Positions 11,343 through 23,093 of a DNA stretch of 64,000 nucleotides are shown piece by piece. The stretch spans positions 2,266 to 66,265 of the forward strand of contig CAVTDH010000014.1 of the NCBI GenBank assembly GCA_963733435.1. The letters run 5' to 3'. The position numbers and the translations under genes were made by a program. The notes beneath the pieces are model-generated. The model made no database searches, was not told the DNA's origin, and saw only the letters and a program-made list of their open reading frames with translations. Position 1 is the first letter of the stretch, and each line of letters opens with the position of its first letter. Origin of the DNA: an uncultured beta proteobacterium (lineage in GTDB: Bacteria; Pseudomonadota; Gammaproteobacteria; Burkholderiales; Casimicrobiaceae).

Positions 11343-12119
11343 ATGGCAACCAAGTCCGGCCCCACGAAGATTCTCGTCGTCGACGACGACGTGCGCCTGC
11401 GCGACCTGCTGACGCGCTATCTGGGCGAGCAGGGCTTCCAGGTCGTCGCCTTGCAGGATGCGCGCGATCTCGACCGCAAGCTGCAGCGCGATCCGCCGCA
11501 CCTGGTGGTGCTCGACCTCATGCTCCCGGGCGAGGATGGCCTCTCCGTCTGCCGACGCCTGCGCGGCGCGGGCGAGATGGTGCCCATCATCATGCTCACC
11601 GCGAAGGGCGAGGACGTCGACCGCATCGTCGGACTCGAGATGGGTGCGGACGACTACATGCCGAAGCCCTTCAATCCGCGCGAGCTGGTCGCGCGCATCC
11701 ACGCGGTGCTGCGCCGCCACGGCGACCGCGTCGTGCCGGGGGCGCCGACGGAGGAAGGCTCGATCGCCTTCGGTCCGCACCACCTGGACCTCGCGGCGCG
11801 CACGCTCCACTCCGACGGCCGCAGTGTCGTGCTCACCACCGGCGAGTTCTCGCTGCTGCGAGTGTTCGCGCAGCATCCGGGACAGCCGCTCGCGCGCGAG
11901 AAGCTCATGATGCTCGCGCGCGGCCGCGACCACGAAGTATTCGACCGCGCGATCGACGTGCAGGTCTCGCGCCTGCGCAAGCTCGTCGAGCCCGATCCCG
12001 GGAATCCGCGGTACATCCAGACGGTCTGGGGCTTCGGGTACATCTACATGCCGCAGGGCACGACCACGGAGGCCGCGGGCGGCGAGGCGGACGCCGCGCC
12101 GTCGTCCGGATCCACGTGA
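11343..12119 (+). CDS. ompR: OmpR-family response regulator
   Basis: KILVVDDDVRLRDLLTRYLGEQGF...VLDLMLPGEDGLS...GADDYMPKPFNPRELVARI... and a winged-helix region DVQVSRLRKLVEPDPGNPRYIQTVWGFGY, which closely resembles OmpR. The in-frame ATG is at 11343. Confidence 0.9.
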   Translation: MATKSGPTKILVVDDDVRLRDLLTRYLGEQGFQVVALQDARDLDRKLQRDPPHLVVLDLMLPGEDGLSVCRRLRGAGEMVPIIMLTAKGEDVDRIVGLEMGADDYMPKPFNPRELVARIHAVLRRHGDRVVPGAPTEEGSIAFGPHHLDLAARTLHSDGRSVVLTTGEFSLLRVFAQHPGQPLAREKLMMLARGRDHEVFDRAIDVQVSRLRKLVEPDPGNPRYIQTVWGFGYIYMPQGTTTEAAGGEADAAPSSGST

Positions 12120-13435
12120 GGCTGCTCCCGCGTTCGCTGTTCGGGCGCCTGGTCCTTCTGCTCGTCGCGGTCGTCGCGCTGGCGGTGCTCACCAGCGTCG
12201 TGATGTTCCGCATGGAGCGCGCGACGCTGCTCAACCGGCAGTTGAGCGAGACGCGGCTCGTGCAGCTCGAGGCGATCGGCGCGGCGCTCGCGGGCGCGGA
12301 CGGCCCCCAGCGCAGGGAGACGCTCGATCGGCTGAGCGGCGCCTATGGCGTGCGCATCTTCCCCGAGTCCGAGCGTCCGATGCGTGGACAGCCCCCCGGC
12401 GGACCGTTGATGGAGGAACTCGCCGAGCGCCTGAAGGACCGCCTCGGGCCGGAAACCGAGATCCGCTTCGCGCCGCGCGCGCAGATGCTGTTCGTCCGCG
12501 TCGTCGCGGCGAACGTCCCGTACTGGATCGGCGTTCCGGTGCCGCAGCGTGCGCCTGCGGATGAATTCCCCACGCGCGCACTCACGTGGACGCTCGTCGT
12601 GCTGACGGTCCTCCTGTTCGCCGCCTACGTATTCGCGCGTTACCTGTCGCGGCCCCTGCGCGAACTCGCGGCCGCGGTCGCGCGCGTCGGCCGCGGCGAG
12701 CTGCCGCCCCCGCTGCCGGAATCCGGTCCCAGCGAGATCGCCGCGGTCAACCGCGGCTTCAACGCGATGACGGCGAACCTGCGCCAGACCGAGCGCGACC
12801 GCGCGGTGCTGCTCGCCGGCGTCTCGCACGACCTGCGCACGCCGCTCGCACGCCTTCGGCTCGGGATCGAGATGGGACTGCGCGACGATTCGCTGCGTGC
12901 GGGCATGGTCGCGGACATCGACGAGATGAACCGGATCGTCGGCCAGTTCCTCGACTTCGCGCGCAACGACGCGCAGACGCCGCTCGAACCCGGCGACTTC
13001 GATGCCGAGGTCGCCGCATGCGTGTCCCGCTACGTGGGTGCGGGCAAGCCCGTGTCGCTCACCGGCGGCGGCGTGCCGCAACTGCCCATGAAGGCAACCG
13101 CGGTGTCGCGGCTCGTGGCCAATCTCGTCGACAACGCGCTCGCGTACGGCGCACCGCCGGTGGAGGTCGCGACCGGCGTGGCCGACGGCATGGCATTCGT
13201 GTCGGTCACGGACCGCGGTCCGGGCATCGCCGCCGCCGACGTCGAGCGGCTGAAGCAACCGTTCACCCGTTCGAGCGAAGCACGGGCCCGCAGCGACGGT
13301 GCCGCCGGCGCGGGACTCGGCCTCGCGATCGTCGATCGCATCGCGCGACTGCACGGCGGCGCACTGACGCTCGAGCCGCGCGATGGCGGCGGCACCGTGG
13401 CGCGCGTCACCTTCGCGCTCGGGTCGAAGGCCTGA
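12116..13435 (+). CDS. envZ: EnvZ-type sensor histidine kinase
   Basis: GTG start overlaps the ompR stop (GTGA). Two TM segments, a HAMP region, H-box GVSHDLRTPLARL, and an HATPase domain (DRGPGI, GAGLGLAIV). Confidence 0.85.
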   Translation: MRLLPRSLFGRLVLLLVAVVALAVLTSVVMFRMERATLLNRQLSETRLVQLEAIGAALAGADGPQRRETLDRLSGAYGVRIFPESERPMRGQPPGGPLMEELAERLKDRLGPETEIRFAPRAQMLFVRVVAANVPYWIGVPVPQRAPADEFPTRALTWTLVVLTVLLFAAYVFARYLSRPLRELAAAVARVGRGELPPPLPESGPSEIAAVNRGFNAMTANLRQTERDRAVLLAGVSHDLRTPLARLRLGIEMGLRDDSLRAGMVADIDEMNRIVGQFLDFARNDAQTPLEPGDFDAEVAACVSRYVGAGKPVSLTGGGVPQLPMKATAVSRLVANLVDNALAYGAPPVEVATGVADGMAFVSVTDRGPGIAAADVERLKQPFTRSSEARARSDGAAGAGLGLAIVDRIARLHGGALTLEPRDGGGTVARVTFALGSKA

Positions 13436-13561
13436 CCGCGTGCCACCAACCCAATCCGCCGCACGCACAACGAAAGCGTGCATAGGGGCATTCAGCGCGC
13501 ATGCGCGCGCCACTGAACGGCCGCGCAGCGGCTTATGATCCGCGCGCTTCGTGCCTTTGCC

Positions 13562-13598
13562 GCACGAAAGGCGCCGCGCCGCCCCAAGCCTTTCGTGC
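13562..13598. other. Inverted repeat between convergent envZ and ispF
   Basis: GCACGAAAGGC-N15-GCCTTTCGTGC (11-bp arms), plus an upstream alternative pairing TTCGTGC/GCACGAA. No U-tract on either strand. Confidence 0.25.
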
Positions 13599-13603
13599 TG
13601 ACT

Positions 13604-14122
13604 TCATCGGACTCGAATCACGTAGCGCGCAGCGCGGAGCGATTCGAGGACGTCGAGCAGCACGATCGCCTCGGCCGCGATGCCCTCCTCCCGGCCCGTA
13701 TAGCCCAGGCGCTCGGTCGTCGTCGCCTTCACCGACACGCGGTCGAGGTCGCAGCCCAGATCCGCCGCGATGTTCGCGCGCATCGCCGCGATGTGGGGCG
13801 CCATCTTCGGCGCCTGCGCAATGATCGTCGCGTCGAGGTTCCCGACGACGAACTCGTGCGCGGCAACGAGCGATGCGACATGGCGCAGCAGCGCGCGGCT
13901 GTCGGCGCCCTTCCAGCGTGGATCGGTGTCGGGAAAGTGCGCGCCGAGGTCGCCCAGCGCGAGCGCCCCGAGCAGCGCATCGCAGATCGCGTGCAGCAGC
14001 ACGTCCGCGTCCGAGTGGCCCGCAAGACCGCGCGGATGCGCGATTGCGACGCCGCCGATGACCAGCGCGCGGCCCTCGCTCAACGCATGGACGTCGAAGC
14101 CGGTGCCGACCCGGAATTTCAT
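13604..14122 (-). CDS. ispF: 2-C-methyl-D-erythritol 2,4-cyclodiphosphate synthase
   Basis: [14 protein letters not shown]...[19 protein letters not shown]...[18 protein letters not shown] is the canonical IspF sequence. ATGA overlap with the ispD stop. Confidence 0.95.
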   Translation of the reverse strand: MKFRVGTGFDVHALSEGRALVIGGVAIAHPRGLAGHSDADVLLHAICDALLGALALGDLGAHFPDTDPRWKGADSRALLRHVASLVAAHEFVVGNLDATIIAQAPKMAPHIAAMRANIAADLGCDLDRVSVKATTTERLGYTGREEGIAAEAIVLLDVLESLRAARYVIRVR

Positions 14123-14832
14123 CGAGGGCTCTCCCCGGCGGCCTCGGCGGCGAGAATGGCGCCGGCCAGCTGGAGGTCCTCCGCGTACGTGATCTTGATG
14201 TTGGCGGGGCTGCCGCGGACGAGCCGCGGCGACAGCCCGAGCGCCTCGACCGCCTGCGCCTCGTCGGTGCACGAGAGCGCTTCGGCGCGCGAGAACGCGC
14301 GCGTCAGCACGCCGTACCGAAACATCTGCGGCGTCTGCGCCTGCCAGAGGCCGGTGCGCGCAACGGTGCCGACGACGCCGGGGGCGTCGACGTCGCCGTC
14401 GCTCCGCTTCAGCGTGTCGGCCACCGGGACCGCCAGCAGCCCACCGGTCGCGTCGTCGCGCAAATGATGGAGGAGACGCGCCAGCGCATCGCGCGGCACG
14501 CAGGGCCGCGCCGCGTCGTGCACGAGGATCCAGTCGTCGTCGGCGCATTGTTCGGACATCGCAGCGAGCGCGTTGCGTACGGTCTCCGCGCGCGTCGCGC
14601 CGCCGCAGCGCAGGACCGTCGCGTCGACGTGGCCGCCGGCCATGCGTTCGAAGTACAGGTCTTCGGCCGCGAGCGCCACGAAGATGCCCTCGGGCGCGAC
14701 GGCGTCGGCGAGCCGCGCGAGCGTGTGCGCCAGCACCGGCCGCCCGTCGAGCAGCGCGTACTGCTTCGGCTGCGCGGTGCCGAAGCGCGACCCGCCGCCG
14801 GCCGCCGGAACCAGCACGAAGCGCCGCGCCAT
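14119..14832 (-). CDS. ispD: 2-C-methyl-D-erythritol 4-phosphate cytidylyltransferase
   Basis: [13 protein letters not shown]...[17 protein letters not shown]...VHDAARPCV...QTPQMFR. The in-frame ATG is at 14832. Confidence 0.95.
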   Translation of the reverse strand: MARRFVLVPAAGGGSRFGTAQPKQYALLDGRPVLAHTLARLADAVAPEGIFVALAAEDLYFERMAGGHVDATVLRCGGATRAETVRNALAAMSEQCADDDWILVHDAARPCVPRDALARLLHHLRDDATGGLLAVPVADTLKRSDGDVDAPGVVGTVARTGLWQAQTPQMFRYGVLTRAFSRAEALSCTDEAQAVEALGLSPRLVRGSPANIKITYAEDLQLAGAILAAEAAGESPR

Positions 14833-15332
14833 CACGCCGCCTCGAGCAGCAGCGCGATGCGCTCTTCGTCGAGCGGGCGGAATCCAAGGCGCTCGTAGAA
14901 TCGCCACGCGTCTTCGTTGGCGCGATGGCAGCCGCAGTCGATGCGCGTCATGCCTTCCGCCAGCAGGCGTTCGCGCAACGCCGCGAGCATCGCGCCGCCC
15001 ACGCCGCGACCCCGCCAATCCGGATGCACGGTCACGTCGTCGAGCTTGGCGACCAGCGTACCGCGCGACGTCGAGATCGCGCGGCACACGACGCACGCGC
15101 CGACGACTTCCGGCCCGGCGTCGGACGCCGCCTCCGCGAGCCAGACGAAGCCGACCTCCGGGCGCGCGAGAAAGAGATCGAGCGCGCGATCGAGGCCCGC
15201 GGCACCGGTGTCGCCATAGGTCGCCGCGGAGGCGCGGTAGTGCTCGTCGTGACCGAGGAACGCGGCGAGCAATGCGCGCGCGCCGCCGCGCGAAGCGGCC
15301 GTCATCGGCGCGCAGCGGACAGGCACGGTCAC
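14832..15332 (-). CDS. GNAT family N-acetyltransferase
   Basis: Acetyl-CoA binding block [18 protein letters not shown] and C-terminal [10 protein letters not shown]. The start codon is uncertain. Confidence 0.8.
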   Translation of the reverse strand: MTVPVRCAPMTAASRGGARALLAAFLGHDEHYRASAATYGDTGAAGLDRALDLFLARPEVGFVWLAEAASDAGPEVVGACVVCRAISTSRGTLVAKLDDVTVHPDWRGRGVGGAMLAALRERLLAEGMTRIDCGCHRANEDAWRFYERLGFRPLDEERIALLLEAA

Positions 15333-15393
15333 GCGCGTACCCTCGCCTGCGCAACGCGTTGGGCGCGGGCGCGTTGCGGGGTGTCGACCGCGC

Positions 15394-15840
<447 letters not shown>

Positions 15841-15852
15841 CGCGATGTCCGC

Positions 15853-17097
15853 CTAGCGTGTCCGCTGGACGTTGAGCATTCGCGCGTCGAGCAGTTCGAT
15901 CCAGTGCCGCACGGGCGTCTTCGTGCCGGACTCGAGATGCGTGAGGCAGCCGATGTTGGCGGTGGCGATGACGTCGGGCCGCGGCGCCTCGAGCGCCTTG
16001 ACCTTGTTGGCCTTGAGCATGCCGGACAGCACCGGCTGCAGCACCGAATAGGTGCCTGCGGAACCGCAGCACAGGTGCCCGTCCGCCACGGGCAGCAGCG
16101 AGTGACCGATCGCGAGCAGGATCTCCTCGACCTCGCCGCGGATCCTCATTCCGTGCTGCAGCGTGCACGGCGCGTGGAACACGACGCGCTGCGCGCCCTG
16201 GTCCATCGCGATCAGCGGCGCGATCTTCTTCCATTCGGCGGTGACGACCTCGATCGGGTCCTTCGCGAGCTCGGCGATCTTCTTCGCCTTGACCGCGTAC
16301 GCGGCGTCGTGCGCGAGCAGGTGCGCGTAGTCCTTGACCATCACGCCACAGCCGGTGGCGGTCACGACGATCGCCTCGACGCCGCGGTGCACGAGCGGCC
16401 ACCAGGCATCGATGTTGCGGCGGACGATCGCACGCGCCTCGTCGCCGGCATTGAGGTGATGCGAGAGCGCGCCGCAGCAGCCGCCGCCGGACACGCGGAT
16501 CGGCGAGATGCCGATGCGGTCCAGAACGCGCGCGGCCGCCATGTCGATGTTGGGCTTGAGCTTCGGCTGCACGCAGCCTTCCATCACGATCATCTTGCGC
16601 GGGTGGCGCGGCGCGGGCCAGGCACCGGTGCGCTCGCCGGCGGGAATCTTCTCCGAAAGCTCGCGCGGCAGGAGGCCCTTGACCGTTCGCGCCATCGCAA
16701 GCGCGCCGCCGAAGAGCGTCGGCGACAGCAGCGCGCGGCGCAGTGTCCAGCGCTGCGCGGCGTCCGCGGGCGTGCGGCCCACCTTGGCTTCGACGATCGC
16801 GCGGCCGATGTCGAGCAGCCGGCCATACTGCACGCCGGACGGGCACGTGGTCTCGCAGTTGCGGCAGGTCAGGCAGCGGTCGAGGTGCAGCTGCGTCTTC
16901 GCGGTGACCGGCGCACCCTCCAGCACTTCCTTGATGAGGTAGATGCGGCCGCGGGGACCGTCGAGTTCGTCGCCCAGCAGCTGGTACGTCGGACAGGTCG
17001 CCGTGCAGAACCCGCAATGGACGCACGAGCGCAGGATCGCGTCGGCCTCCTTGCCTTCGCGCGTGTCGCGGTGTTCCGGAGCGAGGTTCGTCTGCAT
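15853..17097 (-). CDS. glcF: Glycolate oxidase iron-sulfur subunit
   Basis: Two 4Fe-4S motifs (CVHCGFCTATCP, CLTCRNCETTCP) and CCG domains (GCCGALSH, LCCGSAGTY). The ATG at 17097 overlaps the glcE stop. Confidence 0.9.
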   Translation of the reverse strand: MQTNLAPEHRDTREGKEADAILRSCVHCGFCTATCPTYQLLGDELDGPRGRIYLIKEVLEGAPVTAKTQLHLDRCLTCRNCETTCPSGVQYGRLLDIGRAIVEAKVGRTPADAAQRWTLRRALLSPTLFGGALAMARTVKGLLPRELSEKIPAGERTGAWPAPRHPRKMIVMEGCVQPKLKPNIDMAAARVLDRIGISPIRVSGGGCCGALSHHLNAGDEARAIVRRNIDAWWPLVHRGVEAIVVTATGCGVMVKDYAHLLAHDAAYAVKAKKIAELAKDPIEVVTAEWKKIAPLIAMDQGAQRVVFHAPCTLQHGMRIRGEVEEILLAIGHSLLPVADGHLCCGSAGTYSVLQPVLSGMLKANKVKALEAPRPDVIATANIGCLTHLESGTKTPVRHWIELLDARMLNVQRTR

Positions 17098-18176
17098 CAG
17101 AAGTCGGCGAGCAGGCGGCCGGGGTTCAGGATACCGTGCGGATCGAATACCGACTTCAGTTTCCGATGCAGCACCGCCAGCGGCTCCTCGAGCGGCTGGA
17201 AACACCGGGCGGTCCTTGTTCGTCGCGCGGAACAGCGTCGCATGACCGCCCTGCGCGGCCGCCCACGCGCGAATCTTCTGCGCGTCGCTGCGCTCGCCGG
17301 CGGCGAGCCAGCGCAGCGCGCCGCCCCACTCGACCAGTTGCTCGCCGGCCAGGTCGGTATAGGGCGCGGTGCTTTTCACCGACAGGCGCCAGAGCGGCCG
17401 GCCCGCCTGCGCCGCGCGGGCGAAAAACGGGTGCGTGTGGTCGCGCACGCCCGCCCAGAACGCGTCGGCATCGGCGACGCCCGCGCCACCCATCCGGGCC
17501 GTCGCCGACGCGACGGCCGGCGCCGCGCCCGACAGCCGAACCCGCAGGTGCCCGTCCTCGTAGCAGGTCGCCGACAGCGGCAGCGCCTGGCCACCCCACT
17601 CGTTCACCATGCGGATCGCCTGGTCCGCCGAACACTCGAACGCGAGCGTCGCCTCGGCTCGCGGCAAGGGCAGGCACTTCAGCGATATCTCGGCGACCAG
17701 GCCGAGCGTTCCCAGCGCACCGGTCATGAGCCGCGCGACATCGAAGCCCGCGACGTTCTTCATCACTTGTCCGCCGAAGGTCAGGTACTCCCCGGTGCCA
17801 TCGAGCACGCGCACGCCGAGGATCAGGTCGCGCACGGCGCCGGCGTACGGACGGCGCGGCCCGGAGAGTCCTGCGGCGACCGCGCCGCCCGAGCGTGCCG
17901 CCCGTCGCCGAAGTGCGGCGGCTCGAACCCGAGCATCTGGCCGCGCGCGCGCATCGCGCTTTCGATCGCCGCCAGCGACGTTCCGGCGCGCGCGGTGATC
18001 ACGAGTTCGGTGGGCTCGTAGTCGATGATGCCCGCGTAGACGTGCGTGTCGACGACATCCCCGACGAGCGCGCCCCCGTAGAAGTCCTTCGTGCCGCCAC
18101 CGCGTATGCGCAGCGGCGTGCGGCGTTCGGCCGCGACGCGGATGCGCGCCTGCAGCGCTTCGAGCGCCGGATCCAT
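17097..18176 (-). pseudogene. glcE: Glycolate oxidase FAD-binding subunit GlcE, two frame changes
   Basis: N-terminus MDPALEALQARI...LRIRGGGTKDFYGG lies in the frame of ORF 17823-20075 and the middle in the frame of ORF 15853-17835. The C-terminus QPLEEPLAVLHRKLKSVFDPHGILNPGRLLADF is in the third frame. The last shift is explained by one extra G/C at about 17198-17199 (GTGTTTCCAGCCG versus expected GTGTTTCAGCCG). Confidence 0.85.
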
Positions 18177-18857
18177 CACGCGCGACCCGCTGCCTTGAGG
18201 TGGTCGCGATACAGCACGCGCGGCTCGTCGGCGTCGATCACGACGGTCTCCGCCAGCGCCGCTGCTTCCCACTCGCGCACGAACGGATGGCCCAGCAATG
18301 CGGCAAGGTACGCGCCCGCCGCCCCCGCCGGCCGCACGCCGTAGGTCTGGAAGCGGAACGCCACGGGCGCATAGAACACGTCGGCGAGCGTGAAGCCGCC
18401 GCAGAGGAACGGCCCGTCGCCGCCGTAAGCGTCGCCGCGATTCGTTCCAGATCGCCTCGACGCGCGCGATGTTCGCGGTCAGGCCCTCGGACCACGGCGC
18501 GACGTCGATCCGCTCGCGGATGCACATCGTCATCTCGTTGCGCAGCGCGGAGAAGCCCGAGTGCATCTCGCACGCGATCGACCGCGCCCACGCGCGCGCG
18601 ACCGGGTCGGACGGCCACATGCCCGGGTGCCGTTCCGCCAGGTATTCGGAGATCGCCAGCGAATCCCACACGTGGACGTCGCCGTCGTGCAGCGCGGGCA
18701 CCAGCGCCGTCGGCGAGAACGCGAGGTTGTCGGGGTTGAACGTGCCGCGCAGCTGGACGAGAACCTCGCGGAACGGCGCACCGGACAGCTTCACCGCGAG
18801 CCAGCCGCGCAGCGACCACGTCGAGTAGTTCCTGTTGCCGATGTAGAGCGTGTACAT
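18176..18857 (-). pseudogene. Glutathione S-transferase family protein, one frameshift near 18430
   Basis: MYTLYIGNRNYSTWSLRGWLAVKLSGAPF...VPALHDGDVHVWDSLAISEYLAE forms the N-terminal thioredoxin-like domain. The C-terminus FYAPVAFRFQTYGV... is in ORF 18176-18379. Confidence 0.8.
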
Positions 18858-18871
18858 GTCGGAGCTCCGCG

Positions 18872-20287
18872 TCACTGCGGCACCGTCTTGCCCGGGTTCA
18901 TGATGTCGTGCGGATCGAACGCGCGCTTGATCGTCTGCATCAGCGTCACCGCCTCGCCGTGCTCGGCGACCAGCGCCGCAAGCTTGTGGAAGCCCACGCC
19001 GTGCTCGCCGGTGCACGTGCCTCCCATCGCGATCGCGCGCATGCTGACGCGCTGGGCGATGCTCGTCGGCGCGCTTGCGCTCCTGCGCACTCGCCGGGTC
19101 GAACAGCACGAGCACATGGAAGTTGCCGTCGCCGACGTGGCCGACGATCGGCGCGATGACGCCCTCGCGGTCCAGGTCGGCGCGCGTCTCGAGCAGGCAG
19201 TCGGCGAGGCGCGAGATCGGCACGCACGCGTCGGTCGAGAACGCCTGCCTTCCGGGCGAGAGCGCGAGCGCCGCGTAGTACGCGTTGTGGCGCGCCTTCC
19301 AGAGTTTCGAGCGATCTTCAGGTTGCGTCGCCCACTGGAACGCACTGCCTGCATGCTCGCCGGCGATGGCCTGCATCGTCTCCGCCTGCTCGCGCACGCC
19401 GGCCTCGGTGCCGTGGAACTCGAACAGCAGCGTGGGCTTCGCTTCGAAGCCCTCGAGCTTCGAATAGCGGATGCACGCGTCCATCTGCAGCGCGTCGAGC
19501 AGTTCGATGCGCGCGACCGGAATGCCGAGCTGCATCGCGGTGATCACCGTGTTCGACCGCGTTGCCGAGGTCGGGGAACTGGCAGACCGCCGCCGACATC
19601 GCCTCCGGCACGCCGTAGCAGGCGCAGCTGGATCTCGGTGATGACGCCGAGCGTGCCTTCCGCGCCGACGAAGAGCCGCGTGAGGTCGTAGCCGGCCGAC
19701 GACTTGCGCGCGCGCGCCGCCCGTGCGGATGATCCGCCCGTCCGCCGTGACGACGGTCAGCCCCAGCACGTTCTCGCGCATCGTGCCGTAGCGCACGGCG
19801 TTGGTGCCCGACGCGCGCGTCGAGGCCATGCCGCCGATCGTCGCATTGGCGCCCGGGTCGATCGGGAAGAAGAGGCCGGTGCCCTTCAGGTCGGGTTCAC
19901 CTGCTCGCGCGTGACGCCGGCCTGCACGCGGCAGTCGAGGTCCGCCGCGTTCACTTCCAGCACGCGGTTCATCTCGGAGAGGTCGATGCACACGCCGCCG
20001 TAAAGGGCGGCGACGTGACCCTCGAGCGACGTGCCCACGCCGAACGGAATGACCGGGACGCGGGCCGCGTGGCACAGGCGGACGATGCCCGCCACTTCCT
20101 CGTTGGTGTGCGGATAGACGACGACGTCGGGCAGCGCGGGGTCGGCCAGGCCTTCGCCGTGGCCGTGCTGCTCGCGGACCGCCGCCGCGGTCTTCGCGCG
20201 CGCGCCGAAGTCGTTCTGCAGCGCGGCGAGGACCCCTGCGACGTCGTCGGCCGAAGGTCGGATGCGCAGCGGATCGCGGGCATTCAT
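18872..20287 (-). pseudogene. FAD-linked oxidase (GlcD / D-lactate dehydrogenase-like paralog), about 5 frame changes
   Basis: VVYPHTNEEVAGIVRLCHAARVPVIPFGVGTSLEGH forms the FAD-binding PCMH domain. Also ...[22 protein letters not shown]..., with the C-terminus GGTCTGEHGVGFHKL...FDPHDIMNPGK in ORF 18872-19354. Confidence 0.8.
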
Positions 20288-20300
20288 GGTGTCGTCATCC

Positions 20301-21757
20301 CTAGAAGCGCGGCAGGTCCGGATGCGGCAGCGCGCCGTGGTGGACGTGCATCCGGCCCATTTCCGCGCAGCGTGCAGCGTGGGCACCGCCTTGCCCGGGT
20401 TGAGCAGCCGGTAGGCGTCGAACGCCTCCTTGATGCCGTGGAAGCGCTCGAGCTCCGCCGCGCCGAACTGCGTGCACATCGCATTCAGCTTCTCCACGCC
20501 CACGCCGTGCTCGCCGGTGACGGTGCCGCCCACCTCGATGCACAGTTCGAGGATGCGATCGCCGAACTCGATGGTCCGCTCGGTCTCGCCGGGCTTGTTG
20601 GCGTCGAACAGGATGAGCGGATGCAGGTTGCCGTCGCCCGGCATGGAACACGTTGGCGCACGGGAGGCCGAACTCCTCCGACCACGCGGCGATCGCGCGC
20701 AGCACGCGCGGCAGCGCCTTGCGCGGAATCGTGCCGTCGATGCAGTAGTAGTCGGGCGACAGCCGGCCCACCGCCGGAAACGCCGCCTTGCGGCCCGACC
20801 AGTACAGCAGGCGCTGCGCCTCGTCCTTCGACACGCGGATCTCCGCTGACGCCCGACTCGTCCAGCACGCGCTTGATCTCCGCCATTTCGGCGGCCACTT
20901 CCTCGGTCGTGCCGTCGGACTCGACGAGCAGCACCGCGGCGGCGTCGAGCGGATAGTTCGCATGCACGAACTGCTCGACGGCGCGCGTGGCCGGCTGGTC
21001 CATCATCTCGAGGCCCGCGGGGATGATGCCCGCGCCGATGATTGCGCCCACGGCGGCGCCCGCCTTCTCGACGTCGTCGAACGCGGCCAGCGCCACCTGC
21101 GCGAACTGCGGCTTCGGCGTCAGCTTGACGGTGATCTCGGTGATCACGGCGAGCAGGCCTTCGCTGCCGTTGATCAGCGCCAGCAGGTCGTAGCCGGGGC
21201 TGTCGAGCGCGTCGCCGCCGAACTCGACGATCTCGCCCGTGATGAGGACGCCGCGCACGCGCCGCACGTTGTGCACGGTGAGTCCGTACTTGAGGCAATG
21301 CACGCCGCCCGCATTCTCGGCGACGTTGCCGCCGATCGTGCACGCGATCTGCGACGACGGATCCGGCGCGTAGTAGAGGCCGTAGCGCGGCGGCAGCCTC
21401 CGAGATCGCGAGATTGCGCACGCCCGGCTGCACGACCGCCGTGCGCGACAGCGCGTCGATCGCGACGATGCGCCGGAATTTCGCGAGCGAGAGCACGACG
21501 CCCTTCGGGTCGGGCAGTGCCCCGCCGGACAGGCTGGTGCCGGCGCCGCGCGCGACCACGGGTACGCGGGCGGCATGGCACACCTTGAGGATCGACGCAA
21601 CCTGCGCCTCGGTCTCCGGCAGCAGCACGGCGGCGGGTTGGGCGCGGAACAGCGTCAGCCCGTCGCATTCGTAGGGCTTGGTGTCCTCGGGCGCGACGAG
21701 CAACGCGGCCATGGGCAGGATCGCCGCGAGTTGCGCGTGCACGGTGCTTTCGAGCAT
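20301..21757 (-). pseudogene. glcD: Glycolate oxidase subunit GlcD, about 4 frame changes
   Basis: PYECDGL...VVARGAGTSLSGGALP, IACTIGGNVAENAGGVHCLKYG, GDGNLHPLILFD and GTVTGEHGVGVEK are all present. The C-terminus RCAEMGRMHVHHGALPHPDLPRF matches my recollection of the E. coli GlcD C-terminus. The pieces lie in three minus-strand frames. Confidence 0.85.
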
Positions 21758-21981
21758 GGGCTTTCTGTCCGGTCGTAACGGCGAGTTGGGCGACCACCGT
21801 CGCGCTGGGGAGCGATTGCATCGATTATTTCACAAAGCGGGCCGGTGCCCCCAACGGCGCGCCTCGACGCCGGCGGAGGTCATTCGCTATACATCCCGGC
21901 CGGCCTTCCCTAGAATCGGGGCGCCCGGACATCCGCGCCCATTCCGAAGCAGGCGGGAGCCGGTCGACCAAGGAGGAATAC

Positions 21982-22969
21982 ATGCGTTTCCCGCGTCTTG
22001 CCTGCCCCATCGCCGTCGCCGCCCTCGTGGCGCTCCTGCCGGCCGCACCCGCCGCGGCGCAGGAAACCCTCAAGATGAACATCTCCGTCAGCCAGAATTC
22101 CCATTACGGCGTCGCGGTCGATACCGTTCGCCCGCGAAGTGGAGAAGCGAACGAACGGCCGCTACAAGGTCCAGAATTTCTACTCGGGCGCGCTGGGCGC
22201 CGAGCGCGAGTCCATCGAGGCCGTGCAGCTCGGCACGCTCGACCTCACGATGACGTCGACCGGCCCGGTGCCGAACTTCGTGCCGGAGATCGCGATCCTC
22301 GACATCCCGTTCCTGTTCCGCGACTACGCCCACGCGCGCAGCACGCTCGACGGCCCGATCGGGCAGGACATGCTGGCAAGTTCCCGTCGAAGGGCATCGT
22401 CGGCGCTGGCCTGGGGCGAGAACGGCTTTCGCCACATGACCAACAACAGGCGCTCGGTGAACACGCCCGACGACCTGAAGGGCCTCAAGATGCGCACGAT
22501 GGAGAACCCGGTCCACATGCAGGCGTACAAGCACGTTCGGCATCATCCCCACGCCGATGGCGTTCACCGAGGTGTTCACCGCGCTGCAGCAGGGCACGGT
22601 CGACGGCCAGGAGAACCCGCTGTCGGTGATCTCCGCCGCGAAGTTCGACCAGGTGCAGAAGTACATGACGCTGACCGGCCACGTCTATTCGCCGGCGCTG
22701 ATCCTGATGAACAAGGCGCAAGTGGGACAAGCTCTCGCCGGCCGACCGGCTGGCGTTCGCCGAGGCCGCGAAGGAAGCGGTCAAGGCCAACCGCGCGCGG
22801 ATCGACGAGGACGAGCGCAAGGTGGTCGCGGAACTGCAAGGCGCACGGCATGACGGTGATCGACGTGGTCGACAAGTCCAAGTTCCAGGCCGCGCTGCAG
22901 CCGACGTTCGTCGAGTTCGGCAAGAAGTTCGGCCAGGACAACATCGACAAGATCAGGAACAGCAAGTGA
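21982..22969 (+). pseudogene. dctP: TRAP transporter substrate-binding protein DctP, about 6 frame changes
   Basis: AAGGAGGAA Shine-Dalgarno sequence before the ATG, then a signal peptide. DctP blocks (SIEAVQLGTLDLT, ILDIPFLFRD, WGENGFRHMTNN, DLKGLKMRT, FTALQQGTVDGQENPL) are distributed over all three plus-strand frames. Confidence 0.85.
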
Positions 22970-23093
22970 TACGCGACTCCGTGCGCGGCCCGGTGTCCCG
23001 CGGGCCGCGCACGGATCGCGTGCCCGACACCGCTGCCGCGGCGCGCGGCGGCGTATCGCGTCGCACCGCGATCCATGCTGCGCGTGCGCCGGC

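Noticed and set aside
13541-13600. Attenuator-like alternative hairpins between envZ and ispF.
   Set aside because: The region lies between two convergent gene ends, so there is no downstream gene to attenuate. No leader peptide and no U-tract are present. It is more likely a REP-like element or a weak bidirectional terminator.
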